A stretch of 64,000 nucleotides of DNA from positions 49,292,001 to 49,356,000 of the forward strand of contig NC_086108.1 in the NCBI RefSeq assembly GCF_963921235.1, written 5' to 3'. The notes below the pieces were generated by a model, which worked only from the letters and a program-made list of their open reading frames with translations, ran no database searches and was not told the DNA's origin. The DNA comes from Mobula hypostoma (taxonomy: Eukaryota). The position numbers and the translations under genes were made by a program. Positions 1-13,347 of the stretch are shown one piece after another (the stretch's first letter is position 1; each line of letters begins with the position of its first letter).

Positions 1-598
1 ATTGCATATATTTGGTTGGAGAAAGTATGTGAACCTTTGCTTGTACAGCAATAACTTCAACCAAATGTTTCTGGTAACTGTTGATCAGTCCTGCACATCA
101 GCTTGGAGGAATTTTAGGCAATTCCTCCTTATAAAACTGCTTCAACTCCGGAATGTTGGTGGGCTTCCTTCCATGAACTGCTTGCTTCACGTCCTTCCAC
201 AACGTTTCTATGGGATTAAGATCAGGACTTTGACTCGGCCATTCCAAAATGTGAAATTTCTTCTGCTTTAACCATTCTTTGGTAGACTGACTTGAGTGTT
301 TAGGGCCATTGTCTTGCTGCATGATCCACTTTCTCTTGAGCTTCAATTCACAGATGGATACCCTGACATTTTCCTGTAGAATTTGCTGGTACAAGTCAGA
401 ATTTATAATTCCATCAATGATAGCAAACCATCCTGGTCCCGAGGCAGCAAAGCAGGCTCAAACCATGGCACTACCACCACCACGTTTCACAAATGGGTTG
501 AGATTCTTATGCTGGAATGCATCTGATTACATTTTAGGTCACATTTATGCTGAAATAGAGAAAATTCTAAAGGGGTCACAAACTTTCTAGCACCACTG
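1..598 (-). mobile_element. Tc1/mariner DNA transposon (family 'B'), internally deleted, cut off by the window start
   Basis: Minus-strand ORF 98-394 has Tc1 motifs ([20 protein letters not shown]). Ends in ...ctagcaccactg followed by TA at 599-600. Transposase sequence jumps directly to the TIR near 520. Confidence 0.9.
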
Positions 599-600
599 TA

Positions 601-1730
601 TATGTGCCTAAAACTTTTGCACAGTACTCTATATCCATGAGATTCATTTTCTTGTGGGCATTAACTGTAAATCCAAGAAACACGAGAGATTCAGTGAAGG
701 ACTGCACCCAGCAGGACAAACAACCAATATGTAAGAGACAACAAACTGCAAATACTGAAGAAAAAATAAACAAGCAATAAACACCAAGAATGTGAGATGA
801 AGAGGCCTTCAAAGTGAGACCATAGTTTGTGGGACCACAGTGATGGGGCGAGTGAAGTTGTCACCTCTGTTTCAAGAGCCTGATGCTTGAGAGGTAATAA
901 CTGTTCCTGAACCTAGTGCTGTGGGTTTTGAGGCTCTTGTACAGCCTTCCTGAACGCAGCAGCAAGAAGAGAGCATGGCCTGTATAGTGGGGATGGATGC
1001 TGCTTTCCTGCAACAGTGCTCCATATAGATGTGCTCAATGGTGGGGAGGGCTGTACCTGTGATGGACTAGGCTGAATCTACTACGTTTTGTAGGATTTTT
1101 TTCTGTTTCACTAAAGAACATTGATGTTTCCATACCAGGCCGTGATACAACCAGTCAATATACACTTCACCATACGTCTATCGAAGTTTGTTAAAGATTT
1201 AGATGACATGCCAAATGCCTAATAATTTAGAGGCATTGCTGTGGTTTCTTCATAATGGCATGTATGTGCTGGACCCAGGACAGATCCTCTGAGATTATCA
1301 CACCGAGGAACTTGAAGTTGCTGACACGCTCCATTTTTGATCCCCGATGAAACTAGGTCACAGGAGTCTGGTTTCCTACTCCTGAAGTCAATAATCAGCT
1401 CCTTGGTAACAGTGAGTGAGAGGTGGTTGTTGTGGCATCACTCAGCCAGATTTTCATTATCCCTCCTCTATAATATGTCACCGCTTTCTGATTTGGCCAA
1501 TGACATTGGTGTCACCAGCAAACTTGAATATGGTATTCAAGCTGTTCTAAGCCTCACAGTCATAAGTATAAAGCGAGTAGAGCAGGGGCTACACACACTG
1601 TTTTGTGGTGCACCTATGCTGATGAAGGTTGTAGAGGAAATGATGCCAATCTGAATTAATTGGGGTCTGCAAGTGAGGGAATCAGGGTATTGAGACCAAG
1701 GTCTTGAAGTTTATTGATTAGTTCCGAGGG
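601..1730 (-). mobile_element. Rex1/Babar-like LINE 3' fragment, decayed
   Basis: Resembles the Rex1-type RT C-terminus and 3' UTR pieces at 24975-26095 and 27110-27590 (shared ctcctgaagtcaataatc and tttccataccagg segments). Confidence 0.6.
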
Positions 1731-4580
1731 GATAACTTGTTGATTGCAGAGCTGTGGACAATGAAGAGCTTGCCACAACTATCCAAGACTCTGGTACTTT
1801 GCAGATGATGCGCTGTGGATTGGTGACTGAGTGACAATCGGTATGATATGACATGTCCAGCTTTATGTGAACAGGCCTTGACCACATCTAATGCACTCAG
1901 TATTATCAAGTGGAGTGAACTAAATTGGTTGAAAACTGGCTTTTCTGGTGGTAAGAGGTCCTGGGAGGCAGCTCAACAGGAATATTTTCTTGTGCATGTG
2001 GCTAAATGTGATTGAGAGTGCTTTAGCTTTGTCTTTAGTACTTGCCTTGTGGGCCATGTCTTCATTCATGATGGAGATGTTCCTGGAACTGTACTTCTCT
2101 TTCAACTAGTTATGAAAGGGCTATAGAAATGTGATCTGGCCCATTAATATGAGATTTCTTTGTTGTTAAATATTGGAGGCTTTATTTTAAGCGTGCTTGT
2201 AGTCCCTATATTGTAGCTTCAGCAGATTGACACCTCATTTTCAGCGTGCCTTTTTGCTCCTCTTTGAACTGGAACTGAACCCATTGACACAGTAATTGTA
2301 GAGCAAGGGACATTGCGAGTTGTGTAGTTACAATTTGTAGTGGTGTACATTTTTGCCACTAATAGTCTACAATGTTTCATAGGAGCCTAAGCTGCTAAAT
2401 CTATTGGTCTGAACAAGAGATTTTGCAGTGGGCCATTTCTACCTATGCTGATATGAAGAAATACACCCAGTAAGGGTAGATTGGCAATGGCAAGGTCATG
2501 TAGGTATCACTATTGTTGACTTGCTCACTAACTTCCAACTAGCACTGTTACAAATGTGTCCTTTGGGGCTTGGCAAACATTCACTGATGGTGCTAATTTG
2601 AAATGCAACCCCCCCCCCCGAGAATATCCTTTGTTCTTACTCTATTTTGTGCTGCTTGTAAGTATTTTAACCACTGAATCATCAATGGACAGTGGTGGTA
2701 TCAGGCCATTTCTTTACCCATGTTTGATTTGTTTCCATAGGACCTTGTAGCATTTGAATTCAGTGTTCAGGAAGACAGTGTAGAATTATCAGCATCTCTC
2801 TCGACCAAAATTGTGAGCAAAAATTAAAAAAAAATAGTTCTGTTCTGAAAGAGGGATTAAGAAATGACCTAATAAAACTTTCCTAAGGTTGGTTTTGATG
2901 GAGAGATCCTTTAAATAGAATTAAAGTCATTGGCAAAAGAAGTAGTAACAATGATAATTTTCACTCCCATGTACTTGTACATATGAAAATAAGCATGGAC
3001 TTGACTCTGAAAATTTGAACTATGGAAAAAGAGACAAATGCAAGATAGTTTTGTCATTTATAGTATGTTGTTTCTGGCAAGATTGGTGCTCTTCTATGAT
3101 AATGTCTTGGCAATGAGAATTGTCTAATGATGGTAGAGTTTGTTTACCTGATGAGAATCTAACTAACTGTGTTGACTAGAGCATCAAGCTTGCCTTGATT
3201 ATCATCAAATGGGATTTTAATTTTGTGCCTCAAATGGAAAGATGGTGGAAAGCTGATAGAAAGGGTGCTAGGCGTGTGCCTAATGCAGAACTTGATGCAC
3301 AGCAGCGGCATGGTTCTAAGCATGTCAGCACTTAAGGAAATGGCACAATTGCAGTCAGCCACATAGCCTCTTGTGCTTTAAGTTTTTATAATTGAAGGGA
3401 AGAAAGTGTGCATCGAATGAAGAGCTAGGATAAATTGGAGTTATATGTAGATGCAGAGACAGAAACTGAATTACAGAGAAGTATTGTGAAAGTGGAGAGG
3501 ATGGTGTCAAAGCAGAGGATAAGGAGTGAGGCTGGGCCTTTGCTGTTGGGTGACATCCAGGACTTCAATTTGCCTTCTGAATTAGAGCTTCATGAATAAC
3601 TGAGCTTAATTCCAGGAATAAATGACATATTGAGAAGGCTTATGATTGGGTATCAGTTTTTTGCCAATTTTGACAAATAGTGGAGTTGTAAAACTTGTCC
3701 AGCAATGTTTAGCAATTGAAAATTGGGATAGGTGTTGGATTTCTACTGCTCTAATGATAACACAAGTAATATACCTGTCGTGAAAAGTATTTATTTTTAG
3801 TCTCAGGCAAGTAATTGATATTTACTGTTTAACCTGATGTTCTTCAGAGCAAAATTTGTACATTGGTGTCTTTGAATCCTGTGTATTAAAGGATAACTTC
3901 AAAGGAAGGTAACCATGTCTGTTTTGCTTTTTCATTCCCATCCCCCTACAACCTCCAGCCCCAGACTGTGATACATATCACAGTTCACCTGCTTGCTCTG
4001 ATCTTCAATAAACAAAATGTTATTGAAATCTTTTTGAAGTGACTGCTTAATGTTTTCTGAAGTTCTTTAGAAACTGGTTGGGTGGGGTGTCAGTGTCACA
4101 TTTGGGAGTTGATAATTGAATGAAATGTAACTATAGAAATTAGTTCCTTGAAGGAATTATGCACACATTGTACTTTATATGAAATCAACTATATGATTGA
4201 GCTGATAAATGACCTTTGGATTTGAACAAGGATATTTCTTGCTAACACACCTTCTAGCATTCAAAGAACCCAATGTTATAGTTCTATTTAATTTATATTT
4301 AGGAATATTAAACTATATAACAGCAGAATGCATACCTTATCACAAAACAAGGGTACTTTTTCATTGCTACTTTTTCTCCTTCTCTCTATCTTGGCGTTTC
4401 TCCCACTTTCTGCACTCCCAGTGCTATAGATACCAGGTACTCTGACAAAATTTCCCTTTCTTCACACAGAGGACGGAATCACAAATTTTGGGAGGGTATT
4501 TGATCTTGTGGGAACACAGATGATGAACTTGAAGTGGTGCAGAACATTTGAGACTGGAAAGTAGCAGATCTCTTTAAGTA

Positions 4581-5353
4581 CAGTAGATTCTGGTTAATCA
4601 GGACACATCGGTACCAGTACCTTTTGGCCCAATTGCCCAAGTTTCCTGAAAATAGTTGAAAGATAAAGACGAATTACCATTTAACTGAGTAAAAATTTAT
4701 GTATTTAAATGAAATACAGAAGAAACTATAACACTACCAATACCTCTATAGCACTGTGTAACTGTACTAGGTCCCAATAGTTATTGACAGAGGGTATTCT
4801 CTTGCCATATTCTTTTCATTGACTGTAAATGAACAAAATCGACGCAGACATCCAGTACAAATGATGGACTGCCTTCATACAATGTTTTAGATAATTGCAT
4901 CCTCCAATCTTCAGTTTCACTGCAGCGTTCAAGATGATTGTCAATACCTTCATAATTCCTAACTTGGAAGTACTGAAATCATTTCACTTTCACTGAAGTC
5001 TGCTTCTGGTATCTTCAAGCCTGAATGCTTGAAACTATGGTGAGTGAAACAGTTCTGAATTGTCCTACTGCCTCATTTCTCACCAGCAATCAGTAATAAA
5101 AATTTTGAAAACAAGCACATACAACTGACGCTATTTAAAAATGATCATTCTAAGCATGGAGTAGTAACTAACAGCCACACAATTGAACGTGACTGACGTG
5201 AGTTAGAAACTGTTCGGCAACATTCACATGGCCCCAATTAAGTGGCATTATGCTCTAAAAAGGCTATTTCTTGGCATAGTTTTTGTTCTTTGAGTTGTCT
5301 CAAATAAATGGCAGCCACGATTAACCAATGGCCAAATTAACCAGAATCCACTG
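4581..5353. mobile_element. Non-autonomous TcMar/Tigger-pogo-like DNA transposon
   Basis: TIRs CAGTAGATTCTGGTTAAT ... ATTAACCAGAATCCACTG, flanked by TA at 4579-4580 and 5354-5355. No intact ORF. Confidence 0.8.
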
Positions 5354-5450
5354 TACATAATTTTTAAACATGACTAGTTGATTATAACACTTACTTCAAA
5401 TGCAGAGGCTCTGTAATATGTTTTGTCAAAGTTCTTACTGACTAATATAG

Positions 5451-8400
5451 AAGAGTATAAAAGGAGATCAGTTTTCTTTGGCGATTTGATCGAGGAATGA
5501 CTGCACAGAAGCGTGGATGTCAGTGAGTTAGACTGGCAGGAAGAGTTTTTAAAGGAGAGTTTTAAAAGCTTTATAGAGCGGGTGACAGAGTAGAGGTAGA
5601 CAGAGTAGGAGGGCTTTGGCTCAATGGGGCTTCGGCGATAATGGGTGTCAGATATGGGAAGTCTGGGAGACTCCCAACCTCCTAGATGGCCACATCTGTG
5701 CCAGGTGCGTCAAGATGCAGCTCCTTAGGGACCGCATTAGGGAACTGGAGATGCAGCTCGATGACCTTTGTCTGGTCAGGGAAGGTGAGGAGGTGATAGA
5801 GAGGAGCTATAGGCAAGTAGTTACACCGGGGCCTCGGGAGACAGATAAATGGGTAACAGTCAGGAGAGGGAAGGGCAAGGGTCAGATACTAGAGAGTACC
5901 CCTGTGGCTGTCCCCCTTAACGATAAGCACTCCTGTTTGAGTATTGTTGGGGGTATGGCCTACCTGGGGGAAGCAACAGTGACTGCGCCTCTGGTACAGA
6001 GTCTGGCCCTGTGGATCAGAAGGATAGGGAAAGGAAGAAAGCAGCAGTAATAGGGGACTCCATAGTTAGGGAGTCAGACAAGAGATTCTGTGGATGCAGG
6101 AAAGAAATGTGAATGATAGTTTGCCTCCCAGGTGCCAGGGTCCAGGATGTTTTTGATTGCGTCCACGATATCCTGGAGTGGGAAAGTGAACAGCCAGAAG
6201 TCATGGTACATATTGGTACCAATGACATAGCTAGGAAAAGGGAGGAGGTCCTGAAAACAGATTACAGGGAGTTAGGAAGAAAGTTGAGAAGCAGGACCTC
6301 AAAGGTAGTAGTCTTAGGATTGCTGCCTGTGCTACGCGGCAGTGAGTATAGGAATAGAATGAGGTGGGTGATAAATACGTGGCTGAGGGATGGAGCAGGG
6401 GATGGAGATTCAGATTTCTGGATCATTGCAACCTGTACAAAAAGGACGGGTTGTACTTGAATCCGAGGGAGACCAATATCCTGGCAGGGAGGTTTGCTAA
6501 GGCTGCTGGGGAGAGTTTAAACTAGAATTGCTGGGGAGCGGGAACCAAACAGAAGAGACGGAGGAAGGGGCTGTTGGCTCACAAATAGTGAAAGCTTGGA
6601 GACAGTACGAGAGGAAGGATAGGCAGGTGATGGAGAAGGGATGTCCTCAGACTGATGGTTTGAGATGTGTCTATTTTAATGCAAGGGGTATCATGAACAA
6701 AGCAGATGAGCTAAGACCATGGATCAGTACTAGGAGCTATGATGTTGTGGCCATTACAGAGACTTGGATAGCTCAGGGGCAGGAATGGTTACTCAGAGTG
6801 CCAGGCTTTAAATGTTTCAGAAAGGACAGGGAGGGAGGCAAAAGAGGTGGGGGCCTAGCACTGCTGATCAGAGGTGGTATCACGGCTGCAGAAAAGCAGG
6901 AGACATCTACTGAGGCTACGTCCACACTAGACCGGATAAATCCATAACTGAAGCTTTTTCTCTTTGTTTTGACCCTCTGTCCACACTGAAACGGCGTTTT
7001 CCTCCGGAGCTTTTCTAAAACATTCTCCAGAGTGTGTAAATCTGAAAACACTGGTTGGGTGGTGTAGCGTGTACGGGGTAACCGGAGCTTTTTAAAAACA
7101 CTGTCATGACGTGCTGGAACAGATGGTGGCGGCAGCATGGCATTTACCTCCTGCCGCGAGGTAATGTTGTTTATAGCGGTCGAGGATGTTGTATTTGGTT
7201 TGGCACGACTCCCAGTCCACGTTCTCCACTGCTTTGCTGACCTTGTAGTTGTTTGTAACTCGCAGAAGCAGCTCGACTTCATCGTCTGTCCAAACGAAGA
7301 AGTCCGGTCTGCTTTTTCCAGTGGAGGTTTTCTTTGCATTCCACGAAGACATTGTTGAAAACTTACTTTTGCTGTTGTTGTAGGTACTCTAGTTTTTGTC
7401 CGATGGAAGTAGCACAACGCCACCGCAGAAACAGAAATAGTATACCGTTTCCTCTTCGCTTGTTTTCTGTAGCTGTGTCCTGTGCATGCCCAGTAGGAGG
7501 ATATTCGCTCAAATACCCGTTTTAATGTGGATGGAGGTATTTTCAAAAACACCTGGTGTGGACGCCTATCGTTTTTACACGAAACCGACGTTTTCAAAAT
7601 TATCCGGTCTAGTGTGGATGTAGCCTGAGTCTCTGTGGGTGGAAGTTACAAACAAGAAGGGGTCAATAACTACTGGGTGTTTTTTTTTATAGACCACCCA
7701 TGAGTAACAGGGACATTGAAGAGCAGATAGGGAGACAGATTCTGGGGAGGTAATAATAACAATTTCCCAAATATTGATTGGCATCTTCCTTGAGCGAGGG
7801 GTTTAGATGGGGTGGAGTTTGTTAGGTGTGTTCAGGAAGGTTTCCTGACACAATATGTAGATAAGTCTACAAAAGGAGAGGCTGTACTTGATCTGGTATT
7901 GGGAAATGAACCTGATCAGGTGTCAGGTCTCTCAATGGGAGAATATTTTGGAGATGGTGATCACAAATTCTATCTCCTTTACCATAGCATTGGAGAGGGA
8001 TAGGAACAGATGTTAGGAAAGCATTTAATTGGAGTAAGCAGAAATATGAAGCTATCAGGCAGGAACTTGAAAGCATAAATTGGGAACAGATGTTCTAAGG
8101 GAAATGTATGGCAGAAATGTGGCAAATGTTCAGGGGTGTTTGTGGGACAGTCTGCATAGGTAGATTCCAGTGAGACAGGGAAAGGATGGTAGGGTACAGG
8201 AACTGTGGTGTACAAAGGCTGTTGTAAGTCTTGTCGAGAAGAAAAGAAAAGAAAAGCTTACGAAAGGTTCAAGAAACTAGGTAAAGATAGAGATCTAGAA
8301 GATTATAAGGCTAGCAGGAAGGAGCTTAAGAATGAAATTAGGAGAGCCAGAAGGGGCCATGAGAAGGCCTTGGCAAGCAGGATTAAGGAAAACCCCAAGG

Positions 8401-10083
8401 TTTTCTACAAGTATGTGGAGAGCAAGAGGATAAGACATGAGAGAATAGGACCAATCAAATGTGACAGTAGAAAAGTGCGTATGGAACCAGAGGAGATAGC
8501 AGAGGTACTTAATGAATACTTTGCTTCAGTATTCACTATGGAAAAGGATCTTGGCGATTGTAGGGATGACTTACAGCGGATTGAAAGCTTGAGCATATGG
8601 ACATTAAGAAAGAGTATGTGCTGGAGCTTTTGGAAAGCATCAAGTTGGATAAGCCTCCGGGACCGGATGAGATGTATCCCAGGCTACTATGGGAGGCAAG
8701 GAAGGGACCGCTGAGCCTCTGGCAATGACCTTTGCATCTTTGCCAGAGTAGTTGGTAAGTTGATGGAAAAGATTCTGAGAGGCAGGATTCATGAACATTT
8801 GGAGAGGCATAATACGATTAGGAATAGTCAGCATAGCTGTCAAAGGCAGCTCATGTCTTACGAGCCTGATTGAATTTTTTTGAGGATGTGACTAAATAAT
8901 TGATAAAAGTAGAGCAGTAGATGTAGTGTATATGGATTTCAGCAAGGCATTTGATAAGGTATCCCATACAAGGCTTATTGAGAGAATAAGGAGGTATGGG
9001 ATCCAAGGGAACCTTGCTTTGTGGATCCTGAACTGGTTTGCTTACAGAAGGCCAAGAGTGGTTGTAGATGGGTCATATTCTGCATGGAGGTCGGTGACCA
9101 GTGGAGTATCTCAGGGATCTGTTCTGGGACCCCTACTCTTAGTGATTTTTATAAATGACCCGGATGAGGAGGTGGAAGGATGTGTTAGTAATGTTGCTGA
9201 GCAAAGGTTGGGTGTGTTGTGGATAGTGTGGAGAGCTGTCGGAGGTTTCAGTGGGACATTGATAGGATGCAAAACTGGGCTGAGAAGTGGCAGATGAAGT
9301 TCAACCCGGATAAGTGTGAGGTGGTACATTTTGGTAGGTCAAGTATCATGGCAGAATATAGTATTAATGGTAAGACTCTTGGCAGTGTGAAGAATCAGAG
9401 GGATCTTGGGGTCCTAGTCTATAGACCACTCAAAGCTGCTGTGCAGGTTGACTCTGTAGTTAAGATGGCCTACGGTGCATTGGCCTTCATCAACGGTGGG
9501 ATTGAGTTTAAGAGCCGACAGGTAATGTTACAGCCATAGTAGGACCCTGGTCAGACCCCACTTGGAGTACTGCTCTCGGTTCTGGTCACCTCACTACAGG
9601 AAGGATGTGGAAACCATAGAAAGGGTGCAGAGGAGATTTACAGAGATGTTGCCTGGATTTGGGAACATGCCTTATTAGAATAGATTGAGTGAACTCGGCC
9701 TTTTCTCCTTGGAACGGTGGAGGATAAGAGGTGACCTGATAGAGGTGTATAAGATGATCAGAGGCATTGATCATGTGGATAGTCAGAGGCTTTTTCCCAG
9801 GGCTGAAATGGCTAACACAAGAGGACACAGTTTTAAGATGCTTGGAAGGAGGTACAGAGGAGATTTCAGGTGTAAGTTTTTTACACAGAGAGTGGTGAGT
9901 GCGTGGAATGGGTTGCCAGCAACGGTGGTGGAGGCAGATACGATAGGGTCTTTTAAGAGACTCATGGAGTTTAGAAAAATAGAGGGTTATGGGTAACCCT
10001 ATGTCATTTCTAAAGTAAGTACATGTTCAGCACAGCATTGTGGGCCGAAGGGCCTGTATTGTGCTATTGGTTTTCTGTTTCTA
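5451..10083 (+). mobile_element. Near-full-length decayed CR1-clade LINE (ORF1 with SGNH esterase; ORF2 APE endonuclease + RT)
   Basis: ORF1 pieces: CARCVKMQLLRDRIRELE, GDSIVR, VHIGTNDI. ORF2 pieces: YFNARGIMNK, VAITETW, YMDFSKAFDKV, GVSQGSVLGPLL, KWQMKFNPDKC. CR1-type 3' tail gggccgaagggcctgtattgtgct...ttcta. Many stops and frameshifts. Confidence 0.9.
6914..7625 (-). mobile_element. Non-autonomous PIF/Harbinger-like element with a Myb/SANT-like fragment, inserted in the CR1
   Basis: TIRs GGCTACGTCCACACTAGACCGGATAA / TTATCCGGTCTAGTGTGGATGTAGCC with 3-bp TSD TGA (6911-6913, 7626-7628). Removing it restores CR1 'STESLWVEV'. ORF 7104-7352 has WTDDEVELLL...VDWESCQTKY. Confidence 0.85.
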
Positions 10084-11911
10084 AGCTGCATCTGTGGTTC
10101 TTGCATTACATAGCAGAAGGTGGTCATTTTATGATCTATGACAATTAAATACAATTTTACAAGTTTCAGCAAGGAAGTGCTTGCATTCCCACACAGGGGA
10201 AGTGCTTAATACTATCTATTGCTTCTCCACTAGTGGGCACTTTTAGTCAGTAAAGATTGGAAATAAACTATCTGCTCAGCAAGTAAAATATGCCATGGAT
10301 AAGATGATGTCATCTTGGGAGGTGGGAACACCAATTTACCCCAGAAAGAAAGGAGTAGTTATATTTATGATCTTGGAACATTTTCAGGTGCTCTCTGGCA
10401 AAAGAAGTATTTTTTGAGTGTGTTCGTGATTGTATTGTGAAAACATAGTTGTTAGTTTGTGTGGAGACTCGTGATTTAGAGAGTAAATTATTTAATACGC
10501 ATTAATTGTGGTTTTAGAATGAACCATGTACTTTGTTATCATATAACTAGGCAAGAGAGTATTTGTGAGATACACCAGTTATCATTCCAGGCTAAATCAC
10601 TGGCTATAAAACTTAGAAAGTGCATTGCCTCTTGTGCGAACACGTAGAGAAAATGGGAAACTACATGTTGGATAACCTCTTATTTCACCCCAGTCATTCT
10701 AACAAGACTAAATTTCTAAACAGCGGGATTCTTCTACTTGAAAAAAAATCTGTGCAATGAAAGAATAATACATAAAGGAATAGAAAAGTTATTAAATGTA
10801 TATCCATGCATTCTTATCGGTAACTAGCATCGTCCTTAGTTTCTTTTCATCAGGAAATGGTGGATTGCAGAGATGTAGTAACATGTCCCAGATTCTTCCA
10901 GCGCAAGACCTTATCAGAGTTTACTGTACTTCATTGGTAATTAAAGCAGCAATCAAGAAACATTCGCACAGGCACATTGGTGTAGGTTCTTCTTCGTTCA
11001 ATGTTACTATCAGAATTACCTGAGTACACCTCCAAATCTCCATAATTGTAGTTGCCAAGCTGCACTTTATTTGTCAATTAATTGTATTAGAGTTTTAGAC
11101 TCATAGTTTTAAAGATGTAACTTCCAGGTAGAATTTTATGTGCTTGTAAATCACTTTTTAAAATTTCAGCATTTTGTATTTCCATAGTTAATTCATTTGT
11201 TTTTGAGTGATTACCAGTGCATTGGAAAGTAAACATGGATTATTTGTTTTTTTAATGCAACTCTGGAGCTTTAGTCACAGAAGCTTGCTCCTTATCATCC
11301 TTTTTTTTTTAGCAGAGTACTTGGTTTTACAACTGAAAAATGAAGTTGTAAATACTGGGTAGATTTTGCGGTCCTTTTTCAGAAACTTGGTATATTTGAG
11401 CTGGCAGAAGAGCTAAGAATAATGATAAAGACATCTGTGTTATGGCATAGGAATGCATGTCATCACGGATCACACTGTTGTTACTGCAGTTTATCCATTC
11501 TAGCCAAAGCTGTAAACTCCCACCACCTCAAACTTCCTGACGACTTCAGCAGCTGTTATGCTCAAGTGAATATTCACTTTTTTTTTGAACAGTTGTTTAT
11601 ATAGATTGTTCAAAGTGGTTTGCTTTTTAAAATTTCTACTAGTTGAGAGCAAAGCTTTATGGCTGGATTATAGGTGTACTGATGTTCCTGATAGCAGATT
11701 TGTAAATGTAATTTTGTGTATTTCCTTCCTTTCTCACAGAGTTTGAAGCCTGTAAATCCTTTGCAGATTCTATTGGACTATACATTTATACTTTTGTTTT
11801 CAGTCCTTTTGGAGAAAAGATATTAGCCCACACACAATTAAGCATATTTATTATGTTGCTAATGACCTGAAGTTTCTGTCCACGTTCTCAGATTCCTATC
11901 TCCTGCAGATA

Positions 11912-13347
11912 CAGTTGCAAGAAAAAGTTTGAACCCTTTGCAATTCCCTGGTTTTCTGCATTAATTACTCATAAAATCTGGTCTGATCGTCATCTAAGTC
12001 TCAATAATAGACAAAAACAATCTGCTTCAGCTAATATCACACAAACAATTGTACTTTTAATGTCTTTATTGTATAATTGTTTAATTATTCACAGTCCCGG
12101 TCGGCAAAAGTACGTGAACCCTTGTATTTAATAACTGGTAGAACTTCCTTTAGCAGCAATAACCATCACCAAAAGTTTCCTGGGGTTGCAGATCAGACTT
12201 GCACAAAGACGAGGAGGAATTTTAGACCATTCCTCCATACAAAACTGTTCCAACTCATCAATATTTCTGAGATACCTTACATGAACAGTCCTCTTCAGGT
12301 CCCTCCACAACATCTCAATTAGGTTAAGGTCTGGACTCTGACTTGGGTATTCCAAAACACAAGTTTTCTTTTTTTTAAACCACTGCTTTGTTGTGGTTTG
12401 GATCATCGTCATGATGCTCCTTCCACCATGCTTCACAGTTAGGGTGAGATGATGATGTTAGTGTATAATGCTCCTTTTCTTCCAAACATAGTGGTGTGCC
12501 TATCTGCCAAAAAGTTCAACTTTTACCTCATCTGTCTTCAGAACAATGTCCCAGAAGCATTGTGAAACATCCAGGTAGACTTTTGCAAACTTGAGGCCTG
12601 CTGCAATTTATTTTTGAGAGTAGAGGTTTCCTCCATGATGTCCTTCTATGAACACCATTCTTGTTCGGTGTTTTTCTTTTAGTTGACTTAAGAACAGAGC
12701 GAATTTTAAAGATATCTGCAGGTCTTTTGCTGTTACCCTTGGGTTCTTTTTCCACCTCCTTCAGCATTTCACATTGTGCTCTTGATGTGATCTTTGCCAG
12801 ATGTCCACTTCTAGGGAGAGTAGCAACAGTACTGAGTTTCCTCTGCTTGTAGACTATTTCTCTTACTGTGGACTGATGAGCACCCAGGTCTTTAGAAATG
12901 CTATTGTAGTCTTTTCCAGCTTCATGCATCTCTATAATTCTTTTTCTAAGGTCCTCTGAAAGTTGTTTTGATTGAGACAGGGTGCACATAAACAGATCTT
13001 TAATGAGAAGAGCAGGCTCTGTCAGTAACCTGACTTTGTGTATCTCTTTTATAGACACCTATAGAACTCACACCTCCAATCTCATCTTGTTGATTGGAAC
13101 ACCTGACTTCAAATAACTTTTGTAGAAGGCATTACCCCAGAGGTTCACATATTTTTTGAACCAAAACTGTGAATGTTTAAGTGGGGTACTCAGTATTGAT
13201 GTGAAGTAGTACAATTTTTTGTGTGTTACTAGTTTAAGCAGATTGTGTCTGTCTATTATTGTGATTTAAATGAAGAACAGACCACATTTTATGAGTAATT
13301 AATGCAGAAAACCAGGAAATTGTAAAAGGTTCACAAACTTGCAACTG
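11912..13347 (-). mobile_element. Tc1 transposon (family 'A'), decayed, with long TIRs
   Basis: CAGTTGCAAG...CTTGCAACTG ends with TA on both sides and TIRs of about 200 bp. Transposase remnants: paired-like HTH (LSEDLRKRIIEMHEAGK), [19 protein letters not shown]. Confidence 0.9.

Noticed and set aside
1730..2750. Possible old LINE remnant (also about 15610-16340)
   Set aside because: Too degenerate to assign a family or boundaries by eye.
6773..7597. 274-aa minus-strand ORF
   Set aside because: It crosses the Harbinger/CR1 junction, has no recognisable domain, and the Myb-like peptide is in another frame.
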